A stretch of 64,000 bases of DNA from Clostridium sp. UBA4108 (GTDB lineage: Bacteria; Bacillota; Clostridia; Clostridiales; Clostridiaceae). Shown here piece by piece: positions 1-8,413 of this stretch; within the stretch, counting starts at the first letter, position 1, and every line of letters begins with the position of its first letter. Below the pieces are notes generated by a model. It did no database searches. It was not told the DNA's origin and was given only the letters and a program-made list of their open reading frames with translations. Made by a program: the position numbers and the translations under genes. The DNA is taken from contig DFXM01000001.1 in NCBI GenBank assembly GCA_002381695.1, forward strand, positions 40,809 to 104,808. The letters are read 5' to 3'.

Positions 1-792
1 CTAGATTATTCTAGTGACGCAGATCATAATAGAACTGTAGTTACAGTAGTTGGAAATCCTGAAGCATTAGAAAATGCAATTATAGCTATGGCAGAGAGGG
101 TTTATGAATCAATAGATATGACTACTCATAGTGGAGAGCATCCAAGAATGGGAGCATTAGATGTAGTTCCATTTGTGCCAATTCAAGATGTAACTATGGA
201 GGAATGCGTAGAAATAGCTAACAGAATAGGTAAGACTATTGGAGAGAAATTTAACATACCAGTATACCTTTACGAAAAGGCTGCTACAGCACCACATAGA
301 GAGAATTTGGCTACAGTTAGAAAAGGACAATATGAAGGTTTCTTTACAAAAATTAAGGAAGATATGTGGAGACCAGATTATGGTCCACAAGAAGTTAATG
401 TTAAAGGCGGATGTTTAGCTGTGTCTGCTAGACAACCATTAGTGGCATTCAATGTTAATCTAGGTACAGATAAAATAGAAATTGCAGATAAAATAGCTAA
501 GACTGTTAGACACTTAGGTGGCGGATTAAGGTATGTTAAAGCTATGGGTGTTAAATTAGAGGATAGAAATATTGCTCAAGTTTCGATGAATCTAGTAAAT
601 TACGAGAAAACAGCAGTTTATAGAGCTTTTGAAATGGTAAAGATGGAAGCTCAAAGATATGGAGTACCTGTAGTAGGTAGCGAAGTTATAGGACTTGTAC
701 CAATGGCAGCATTAATTAACAGTGCAGAATACTATTTACAAATAGAGAACTTCTCTATGGATCAAATATTAGAGAAGAGAGTAAATGAATAG
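1..792 (+). CDS. ftcD: glutamate formiminotransferase (5' truncated by window edge)
   Basis: Frame is open from base 1 (LDYSSDADHNRTVVT...). Motifs HSGEHPRMGALDVVPF, VYLYE and QVSMNL; adjacent to hutI. Confidence 0.92.
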   Translation, partial: LDYSSDADHNRTVVTVVGNPEALENAIIAMAERVYESIDMTTHSGEHPRMGALDVVPFVPIQDVTMEECVEIANRIGKTIGEKFNIPVYLYEKAATAPHRENLATVRKGQYEGFFTKIKEDMWRPDYGPQEVNVKGGCLAVSARQPLVAFNVNLGTDKIEIADKIAKTVRHLGGGLRYVKAMGVKLEDRNIAQVSMNLVNYEKTAVYRAFEMVKMEAQRYGVPVVGSEVIGLVPMAALINSAEYYLQIENFSMDQILEKRVNE

Positions 793-813
793 TCTATATT
801 AGGAGATGATACC

Positions 814-2058
814 ATGAGTATTATAATAAAAAATATTGATTCTCTAGTCACCTGTGAAGGGAGTTATAAGAAAAAAGGTTCACAGATGAAGGATGCTAAA
901 ATTATAGAAAATGGTTATGTAGTGATAGATAATGATCTTATAGTGGCTGTTGGTAAGGGAGAAGAATATAATTCTCATATAAAAGCAGATTCTATAGTTA
1001 TTGATGGAAGTGGAAAGACTGTTACTCCAGGACTTGTAGATCCACATACCCATGTAGTTTATGCAGGAAGCAGAGAAAATGAATTGCCCTTAAAATTAAA
1101 TAAAGTTGGTTACATTGAAATCTTAAAAATGGGTGGAGGTATATTAAGTACAGTAAGAAACACTAGAGAAGCATCCTTGGAAGAATTAATGGACCGAACA
1201 AGAACACGACTAGATATAATGTTAAACCATGGAACTACCACAGTAGAGAGTAAATCTGGATATGGATTGGATTTAGCAACAGAGATTAAGATATTAGAGG
1301 TAAATAAAAAACTAAATGAAGATCATCCAATAGATATAGTTTCAACTTTTATGGGAGCACATGCTGTACCAACTGAGTATAAGGAAAATAGAAAAGAATT
1401 TATAAGAATTATAATAGATCAAATGCTTCCGTATATTGCAGAGAATAAGCTAGCAGAATTTGTGGATTGTTTTTGTGAAGAAGGAGTGTTTACCACAGAG
1501 GAATGTAGGGAAATTCTTAGGAGAGCTAAAGAGTATGGCTTTAAATTAAAGCTTCATGGAGATGAAGTAGAATCAGTAAGTGGAGCGGAACTTGCTGGAG
1601 AACTTAAATGCATCTCAGCAGAGCACTTAATTGCAGCTTCAGATGAAGGTATCAAGGCATTAGCTGATAATGATGTAGTAGCGGTACTATTGCCTTCAAC
1701 TGCTTTTTATCTTATGCTTGGAAGATATGCTAAGGCTAGAGAGATGATAGACAATAATGTGGCTGTAGCTCTTGCAACAGATTGTAACCCAGGAACATCA
1801 CCAACTGAATCCATGCAGAATGTTATGAGCTATGCGTGCTTTGGTATGAGAATGTTACCTGAAGAAATTATTAATGCTATGACTATTAATTCAGCTTGTG
1901 CCATAAATAGAGAAAAATCTATTGGCTCTATAGAGGTTGGTAAGAAAGCTGATATAGTTATATTTAATAGTAAAAATTTAAATTATCTAATTTATCATTT
2001 TGGAGTAAATTGTGTGGAAAAAGTAATTAAAAATGGTAAAATAGTTGTAGATAGATAA
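814..2058 (+). CDS. hutI: imidazolonepropionase
   Basis: PGLVDPHTH, GGGILSTV, ESKSGYGL, FMGAHA and ALATDCNPG motifs; AGGAG RBS. Confidence 0.95.
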   Translation: MSIIIKNIDSLVTCEGSYKKKGSQMKDAKIIENGYVVIDNDLIVAVGKGEEYNSHIKADSIVIDGSGKTVTPGLVDPHTHVVYAGSRENELPLKLNKVGYIEILKMGGGILSTVRNTREASLEELMDRTRTRLDIMLNHGTTTVESKSGYGLDLATEIKILEVNKKLNEDHPIDIVSTFMGAHAVPTEYKENRKEFIRIIIDQMLPYIAENKLAEFVDCFCEEGVFTTEECREILRRAKEYGFKLKLHGDEVESVSGAELAGELKCISAEHLIAASDEGIKALADNDVVAVLLPSTAFYLMLGRYAKAREMIDNNVAVALATDCNPGTSPTESMQNVMSYACFGMRMLPEEIINAMTINSACAINREKSIGSIEVGKKADIVIFNSKNLNYLIYHFGVNCVEKVIKNGKIVVDR

Positions 2059-2111
2059 GGGATTTAATAGGTGGCATATTGCCACCTATATTTTAAAGGA
2101 GGAGAATTTAT

Positions 2112-2747
2112 ATGTTAGATAATAAAACTGTAAAGGATTTTATAGAGGAGTTAGGCTCTAATTCGCCAGCACCAGGTGGAGGAAGCGTAGCAGCACTATG
2201 TGGCTCATTAAGTAGTGCTCTTGGCTCTATGGTATTTAATTTAACTGTAGGTAAAAAAGTATATGAAGCATTAAATGAAGAAGAAAAAGGTTTAGTCAAT
2301 AAACATTTAGCTATAACTAGTGATTTAAAAAATGAGTTTTTAACTTTAATGAATGAGGACACAGAGGCATTTACTGGAGTAATGAATGCACTTAAACTTC
2401 CAAAAGAAACTGACGAGGATAAAGCAATCAGAAGTGCAAAGATACAAGAGGGATATAAAGAGGCTATAGCAGTGCCATTATCAGTAGCTAAAAAAGCTTA
2501 TGAAATGTATGAAAGCATTTTAATCAGTGTTAAATATGGAAATAAAAACACTATATCAGATGGTGGAGTTGCAGCATTATTAGCTCAATGTGCCATAGAG
2601 GGGGCTATAATGAATGTAAAAATAAATTTATCAGCAATAAAAGATTCTGAGTATGTAAAGGGAATCTCTTCTCAATTAAAGGAATTAAGTGAAAAAGGTT
2701 TAGAAAAACAAAGGGAAATTTTAAATATTGTAAATCAACATATGTAA
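2112..2747 (+). CDS. formiminotetrahydrofolate cyclodeaminase (cyclodeaminase/cyclohydrolase family)
   Basis: SPAPGGGSVAA, GNKNTISD and NVKINL motifs; hut context. Confidence 0.9.
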   Translation: MLDNKTVKDFIEELGSNSPAPGGGSVAALCGSLSSALGSMVFNLTVGKKVYEALNEEEKGLVNKHLAITSDLKNEFLTLMNEDTEAFTGVMNALKLPKETDEDKAIRSAKIQEGYKEAIAVPLSVAKKAYEMYESILISVKYGNKNTISDGGVAALLAQCAIEGAIMNVKINLSAIKDSEYVKGISSQLKELSEKGLEKQREILNIVNQHM

Positions 2748-2751
2748 TATT

Positions 2752-2783
2752 TATAAACTCAGCATTTGCTGAGTTTATATTTT
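2752..2783 (+). terminator. intrinsic terminator of the hut cluster
   Basis: TATAAACTCAGCA-TT-TGCTGAGTTTATA followed by a T run. Confidence 0.75.
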
Positions 2784-2844
2784 ACTACTGAAGATGAGTA
2801 CATTATACTAATAAATACATAGATATTTATTAGTGGGGAGTTGA

Positions 2845-4665
2845 GTGGATATGAAGAAAAAATTATTAGAAGACAAACTCTCGTTATTGTCTAAAGAAAT
2901 AGAAAATTTGTATGAAATAATAAAAGAATCAAAGGATATATTTATAAGAAAAAAGGTAATAGAAAGTTTTTATGATAAATTTCTTATAGACAAGAACAAC
3001 ACCATAGGAGATTTTTTTTACAATATTATAAAAAACGATAAAGTTAAGGGGCGATATGAAGGTATAGTATATACTCCTGAAATTATATCAAAATACATAA
3101 TAGAAAATACTATATTAGAAGAAGAATACTTAGAGAATCCTAGAATGAAAGTACTAGACCCCTGCTGTGGTATAGGGAATATAACATTACCACTAATAGA
3201 ACATTTACATAAAATAATAGAAAATAATCTTAGCAAAATTAATTTAGAGCATGGTTTATGTTTAGAATCAGAAGATATATATGAGCATATTATAAAAAAT
3301 AATATAAATTGTTTTGAAATAGATAAGTTAGCAATATATATTCTCACTATAGATATTTTTAGAACCACAGGAGTGCTAATTGAAAATATATGTGACGAAG
3401 ATTTTTTATTCTATAATCATTATAAGGGGAAATATAATATTATTATAGGAAACCCACCATATATAGGGAGTAAATTTATAGATAGAGAGTATGGATTAAG
3501 ATTAAAAGAAGAATTTAAAGATGTATATAAAGATAAGAGTGATATATCATATTGTTTTATTAAAAAATCTATAGATATATTATGTAATGGCGGGAAAATT
3601 GGTTTCATAACCTCAAGATATTTTTTAGAATCTATTAGTGGAAGAGCTCTAAGAAATTATATATCAGCTAGTATGAATTTCTATAAAATAATAGATTTCT
3701 ATGGAGTAAGACCATTTAAAGGAGTTGGCATTGATCCAGTAATTGTTTTTATGATTAAAGAGCAAGAAGACAGGATGTTGAAGGTAATGAAACCTAATCC
3801 ATGTGATACCAAGGGTGAAGAGTTCAATTTAGCAGTATTTTATAGAGCAGATAAAAATAAAGTAGATAAAAAAATTCAAGAGTTTTATATAAAAAACTCT
3901 GAGTTAGGCGATTCTAATTGGATTATAGGAAATTTAGAAACTATCAATATTGTAAGGACTATAGAAAAGAAATGTAGTTTAAGTCTAGAAGAAATATGTA
4001 ATAGTTATCAAGGAATAATTACAGGATGTGATAAAGCTTTTATTTTAGATGAGCAAAGGGCTATAGAAAACAACATAGAAAGGGAATTACTTAAGCCTTG
4101 GATTAAGAGTAGTTATATAAATAAGAAATCAAGTTCAAATATAAATTATATTATTTATTCAAATATAATAAAAGATGAAAAAAATTATAGCAATGCCTTA
4201 ACTTATATCAAGAAATATAAGGAAAAATTAGAAAATAGAAGAGAATGTAAAATAGGCATAAGAAGATGGTATGAGCTACAATGGGGTAGAAATACTAGTA
4301 TTTTTGAGGAAGAAAAGATAATATTTCCTTATAAATGCAATAAAAATAAATTTATTATTGATATAGGAAGCTATTTTAGTGCTGATATATACGCATTAAG
4401 ACTTAAAGAAGAGTGTAAGAAAAACTTAGATATGAATCATGAATTCTTATTATATATATTAAATAGTAAGACTTATAATTTTTATTTTAAAACTTTTGCA
4501 AAAAAATTAGGGGGAGATATATACGAATATTATCCTAACACGATAATGAGATTAAAAATTCCAAATATAAGCTACTTTTGTGAGTTTACGGAAGATGAAT
4601 TGTATAAGTTCTTTAACTTCAATAATAATGAGATTGATACAATAGAAAGCAGCTATATAATATAA
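2845..4665 (+). CDS. orphan gamma-class N6-adenine DNA methyltransferase, CamA-like
   Basis: YTP, VLDPCCGIGN (motif I), GNPPY (motif IV). C-terminal TRD blocks QGIITGCDKAF, KLENRRECKxGIRxWYELQWGR and YYPN recall C. difficile CamA. Start may be ATG 2851. Confidence 0.9.
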   Translation: MDMKKKLLEDKLSLLSKEIENLYEIIKESKDIFIRKKVIESFYDKFLIDKNNTIGDFFYNIIKNDKVKGRYEGIVYTPEIISKYIIENTILEEEYLENPRMKVLDPCCGIGNITLPLIEHLHKIIENNLSKINLEHGLCLESEDIYEHIIKNNINCFEIDKLAIYILTIDIFRTTGVLIENICDEDFLFYNHYKGKYNIIIGNPPYIGSKFIDREYGLRLKEEFKDVYKDKSDISYCFIKKSIDILCNGGKIGFITSRYFLESISGRALRNYISASMNFYKIIDFYGVRPFKGVGIDPVIVFMIKEQEDRMLKVMKPNPCDTKGEEFNLAVFYRADKNKVDKKIQEFYIKNSELGDSNWIIGNLETINIVRTIEKKCSLSLEEICNSYQGIITGCDKAFILDEQRAIENNIERELLKPWIKSSYINKKSSSNINYIIYSNIIKDEKNYSNALTYIKKYKEKLENRRECKIGIRRWYELQWGRNTSIFEEEKIIFPYKCNKNKFIIDIGSYFSADIYALRLKEECKKNLDMNHEFLLYILNSKTYNFYFKTFAKKLGGDIYEYYPNTIMRLKIPNISYFCEFTEDELYKFFNFNNNEIDTIESSYII

Positions 4666-4851
4666 TAAATTATTTGTTTTACGGTAAGGTAAGGTGTTAC
4701 TGTAAAACTTTTTTTATATAAATAGACAAAAAATAAAAATAAAGATAAATATTTAGGGAAAAACTGTAATAATACTATTTTTTAGTGTATAATAACTATA
4801 TCAAGAATAAATGGTAAAAAATAGAATATAATAATAGGTGGAGGGATATAA

Positions 4852-5187
4852 ATGATATTAAAATTTGAACCTGTAGAAGAGAATCTAATAGTTTATCTAC
4901 AAGGTGAGCTAGACCATCATTCAGCTGAGGAAGTCAGAAGCAGAGTTGACGATGTATTAGATAAAGAAAACTATAAGAATCTAATTTTTAATTTTGAAGG
5001 TGTAAATTTTATGGACAGCTCTGGTATAGGCGTAGTTATAGGAAGATATAAGAAAATGACAGTAAAAAATGGTATTGTCTGTGTTACTAATGTAAAGTCA
5101 TCAGTAAAGCGAATATTTGAATTATCAGGAATGCATAAAATTATTTCTTTATATGACAAGGTTGAAGATGCGTTAAATGGTATTTAG
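4852..5187 (+). CDS. spoIIAA: anti-sigma F factor antagonist
   Basis: GELDHH and [15 protein letters not shown]; first gene of the spoIIA operon. Confidence 0.97.
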   Translation: MILKFEPVEENLIVYLQGELDHHSAEEVRSRVDDVLDKENYKNLIFNFEGVNFMDSSGIGVVIGRYKKMTVKNGIVCVTNVKSSVKRIFELSGMHKIISLYDKVEDALNGI

Positions 5188-5201
5188 TGGGGGGAATTAT
5201 T

Positions 5202-5633
5202 ATGGAAAATAGAATGGAAATAAAATTTACTAGCTCATCTAATAATGAAAGCTTCGCTAGAGTTGTTGTAGCAGCATTTGCATCACAATTAGACCCGACA
5301 TTAGATGAAATCAGTGACGTAAAAACTGCAGTATCAGAAGCTGTAACAAATGCTATTATTCATGGATATGGATGTGAAAGTAAAGATAACTTTGTAACTA
5401 TAGAGGGAACAATTGATGGAAATGAGTTAACTGTAACAGTAAAAGACAGTGGTAAAGGTATATTAAATTTAGGATTAGCTATGCAGCCATTATACACATC
5501 TAGACCAGACCTGGAAAGATCAGGTATGGGGTTTACTGTGATGGAAACCTTTATGGATAGCCTTAAGGTTGAATCAGAAGAAGGAAAAGGAACAGTTATT
5601 ACAATGAAAAAAGTTTTTAAATCTGTAAGATAG
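5202..5633 (+). CDS. spoIIAB: anti-sigma F factor
   Basis: [36 protein letters not shown] 5202 follows a GGGGGG RBS. Confidence 0.97.
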   Translation: MENRMEIKFTSSSNNESFARVVVAAFASQLDPTLDEISDVKTAVSEAVTNAIIHGYGCESKDNFVTIEGTIDGNELTVTVKDSGKGILNLGLAMQPLYTSRPDLERSGMGFTVMETFMDSLKVESEEGKGTVITMKKVFKSVR

Positions 5634-5642
5634 GTGAAAAAT

Positions 5643-6395
5643 ATGAGTGATAAAGTTCATAAAAATAACTATAATTATGATGATAATACAGAACTTATAA
5701 AACTTGCAAAAGATGGTGATAGGGCAGCTATGGAGTATCTTACTCAAATGAATTTACCACTAGTATCTTCTATAAGTAAAAAATTTTTAAATAGAGGATA
5801 TGAGTATGATGATATTTTCCAAATTGGATGTATAGGACTTGTTAAAGCTATAAATAATTTTGATGCAAAATTTAATGTTAAATTTTCTACTTATGCTGTA
5901 CCTATGATTATAGGAGAAATAAAGCGATTTTTAAGAGATGATGGAATGATAAAAATAAGTCGTAGTGTTAAAAATACTGCTAGAAAGCTTCATTATGATA
6001 GGGATACATTAACAAAGCAACTGGGAAGAGAGCCCACCATTGAGGAACTATCTGTTTTTTCAGGAATAGATAAAGAGGACATAGTAACAGCATTAGAGTC
6101 ATCTACAAGTATGCAATATTTGTATGATACTATACATCAAGATGATGGAGCTCCAGTGCTATTAATAGATAAGTTAAGTGAAGACTATGAAGAAAATAAT
6201 GAAATTATCGATAAAATAGCTTTGAAGGAAGCATTAAATAAATTAGATATGAAGTCAAGACAGATAATAATACTTAGATATTTTAGAGATAAAACTCAGA
6301 TAGAAGTGGCAAAAATGATGGGAATTAGTCAAGTCCAAGTATCGAGAATTGAGAAAAAAGTTTTAAAAATTATGAAAGAGAAATTAAGTGGATAA
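5643..6395 (+). CDS. sigF: sporulation sigma factor F
   Basis: DDIFQIGCIGLVKAI, FSTYAVPMIIGEIKRFLRDDG, ISQVQVSRIE; third gene of the spoIIA operon. Alternative GTG start at 5634. Confidence 0.96.
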   Translation: MSDKVHKNNYNYDDNTELIKLAKDGDRAAMEYLTQMNLPLVSSISKKFLNRGYEYDDIFQIGCIGLVKAINNFDAKFNVKFSTYAVPMIIGEIKRFLRDDGMIKISRSVKNTARKLHYDRDTLTKQLGREPTIEELSVFSGIDKEDIVTALESSTSMQYLYDTIHQDDGAPVLLIDKLSEDYEENNEIIDKIALKEALNKLDMKSRQIIILRYFRDKTQIEVAKMMGISQVQVSRIEKKVLKIMKEKLSG

Positions 6396-6419
6396 AGATG
6401 CTACACAGCATCTTTTTTT
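6394..6419 (+). terminator. intrinsic terminator after sigF
   Basis: AAAGATGCT-ACAC-AGCATCTTT followed by a T run. Confidence 0.75.
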
Positions 6420-6535
6420 GTTAGTTAAAGTATAAATACAATTAATAAAATAGCTAAGCATCCTCTTAGAGTAATTCTAAAAAAAATGCAAACAATATAG
6501 TTATATTCTAAAACCAATAAATAAGGAGGTAACTT

Positions 6536-6988
6536 ATGAAGGTAAAAGAAAGCAAAATAAAGCAAAAATTTCAGCAAGTATATGAAACCTCAAGGCCAAA
6601 GCCTAAGATATTACAAAATTGCTTTAGAGCTTTTTGGACTGGTGGAGTTATATGTGTAATTGGAGAAATAATTTTTAAAGTGTTGATATACTATGGTGTA
6701 GAGAAATTAGAAGCAGGTGTTTGGGAATCTATAATACTAGTATTTTTAGGAGCATTGTTAACAGGGATAGGAATTTATGACAAAATTGGAGACTATGCTG
6801 GGGCTGGTTCCGTAGTTCCTATTACTGGATTCGCTAATTCCATAGTATCTCCTGCAATTGAATTCAAAAAAGAAGGATATGTATTTGGAGTAGCAGCTAA
6901 GATGTTTACTATAGCAGGCCCAGTTCTAGTATTTAGTATATCAGCATCTATAGTGGTTGGTCTTTTACATTATTTGTTTGGGTGGTAA
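6536..6988 (+). CDS. spoVAC: stage V sporulation protein AC
   Basis: AGAGSVVPITGFANS, EGYVFGV, KMFTIAGPV. Confidence 0.95.
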   Translation: MKVKESKIKQKFQQVYETSRPKPKILQNCFRAFWTGGVICVIGEIIFKVLIYYGVEKLEAGVWESIILVFLGALLTGIGIYDKIGDYAGAGSVVPITGFANSIVSPAIEFKKEGYVFGVAAKMFTIAGPVLVFSISASIVVGLLHYLFGW

Positions 6989-6993
6989 TATAT

Positions 6994-8013
6994 ATGTCAA
7001 GAAAATTAGGATTACAAACATTAGAATTAAAAATTAAACCAAGAGTCGTTTCTACCTATAGTGTGGTTGGACCTAAAGAGGGTGAAGGACCATTAGGTGA
7101 AGGATTTCATGAAATATTAGAAGATGATATGTGTGGATGTAAAAGCTATGAATTGGCGGAAAGTAAAATGCATCTTTATACAGTTCAGAAGGTAATTAGT
7201 GCAGCTAACTTAAAGGAAGAAGATATAGCTTGTATATTTTCAGGAGATTTATTAAATCAAATCATGGCTTCGTCATTTATGGCAAGAGAAGTCAATATAC
7301 CATTTATAGGTTTATATGGCGCATGTTCGACCTTTGTTGAAGCGATAGCTATGGCATCCATGGCAATTGAAGCAGATTTTGGAGAATACATGGTAGCTTC
7401 TGCATCCTCTCATTTTTCATCTGCAGAACGTCAATTTAGATTACCTTTAGAACAAGGAAGTCAAAGATCTCCTGCTGCACAATGGACAGCAACTGCATCA
7501 GGGGCAGTATTGCTTGGAACAAAAGGAATACATCCCTATGTTTCTCATTTGACTATTGGAAAAGTAAAAGATTATGGAATAACAGATCCTAATGAGATGG
7601 GAGCTGCTATGTCACCAGCAGCAGTTGATACTATAAAGCAACATTTCCAGGATACTGGAAGAGTTCCAAAGGATTATGACCTTATTGTAACTGGTGATTT
7701 GGGAAGTGTTGGAAAGCAAATAACTATAGAACTCTTAAAGGAGTATGGTTATGATATAAGTTCAAATTATATTGATTGTGGAGATGAAATATTTGACTGT
7801 GAAACCCAAGGGACTAACTGTGGAGGAAGCGGAGCTGGGTGTTCAGCCTCTGTAGTATGTAGCATGATTTATAATGAAATGCTTAAAGGGAAATACAAAA
7901 GAGTATTAGTAGTTGCCACTGGTGCATTACTAAGCACCACATCTCCTCTTCAGGGAGAATCTATTCCAGGAATTGCTCATGGAGTAGTTTTAGAGTATGG
8001 GGGTGAGAAGTAA
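6994..8013 (+). CDS. spoVAD: stage V sporulation protein AD
   Basis: VGPKEGEGPL, GDLLNQ, GLYGACST, AERQFR, GGSGAGCS. Confidence 0.95.
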   Translation: MSRKLGLQTLELKIKPRVVSTYSVVGPKEGEGPLGEGFHEILEDDMCGCKSYELAESKMHLYTVQKVISAANLKEEDIACIFSGDLLNQIMASSFMAREVNIPFIGLYGACSTFVEAIAMASMAIEADFGEYMVASASSHFSSAERQFRLPLEQGSQRSPAAQWTATASGAVLLGTKGIHPYVSHLTIGKVKDYGITDPNEMGAAMSPAAVDTIKQHFQDTGRVPKDYDLIVTGDLGSVGKQITIELLKEYGYDISSNYIDCGDEIFDCETQGTNCGGSGAGCSASVVCSMIYNEMLKGKYKRVLVVATGALLSTTSPLQGESIPGIAHGVVLEYGGEK

Positions 8014-8372
8014 TGATACTAGATTTTATAAAAGTATTTATTGTTGGAGGAATAATATGTGTTATTGCACAGATTTTAATGGATACTACTAAATTGACAC
8101 CTTCTAGGATTTTAGTTGTATTTGTAGTAAGTGGAGTAGTTCTGGGATTTTTGGGACTGTACGATAAATTAATTGATTTTGGGCTATCTGGAGCAAGGGT
8201 TCCATTACCTAACTTTGGGTACGTTCTATATAAAGGAGCAATTGAAGAAGTAGATAAAGTTGGATTAATAGGAATTTTTACAGGTGGAGTTAAAGCAGCA
8301 TCTGGAGCTATAGCGGCATCTATTGTATTTGGCTATATAATGTCTGTATTATTTAATTCTAAAACTAAATAA
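8013..8372 (+). CDS. spoVAE: stage V sporulation protein AE (SpoVAEb)
   Basis: FIVGGIICVIAQILMD and GARVPLPNFG; translationally coupled to spoVAD (TAATG). Confidence 0.93.
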   Translation: MILDFIKVFIVGGIICVIAQILMDTTKLTPSRILVVFVVSGVVLGFLGLYDKLIDFGLSGARVPLPNFGYVLYKGAIEEVDKVGLIGIFTGGVKAASGAIAASIVFGYIMSVLFNSKTK

Positions 8373-8374
8373 AG

Positions 8375-8410
8375 TAAAAGCTCTTAACTTAAATTAGTTA
8401 AGAGCTTTTA
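8375..8410. terminator. bidirectional terminator between spoVAE and the PBP gene
   Basis: TAAAAGCTCTTAACT...AGTTAAGAGCTTTTA inverted repeat between convergent genes. Confidence 0.8.
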
Positions 8411-8413
8411 TAA

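Noticed and set aside
2845..4665. Type IIG or restriction-modification defence system
   Set aside because: No room for an N-terminal nuclease domain and no adjacent REase or specificity gene; better explained as an orphan MTase.
4795..4830. sigma H promoter of spoIIA
   Set aside because: Expected from established biology, but only a weak AAGA-N17-GAAT match in very AT-rich DNA; cannot be placed reliably.
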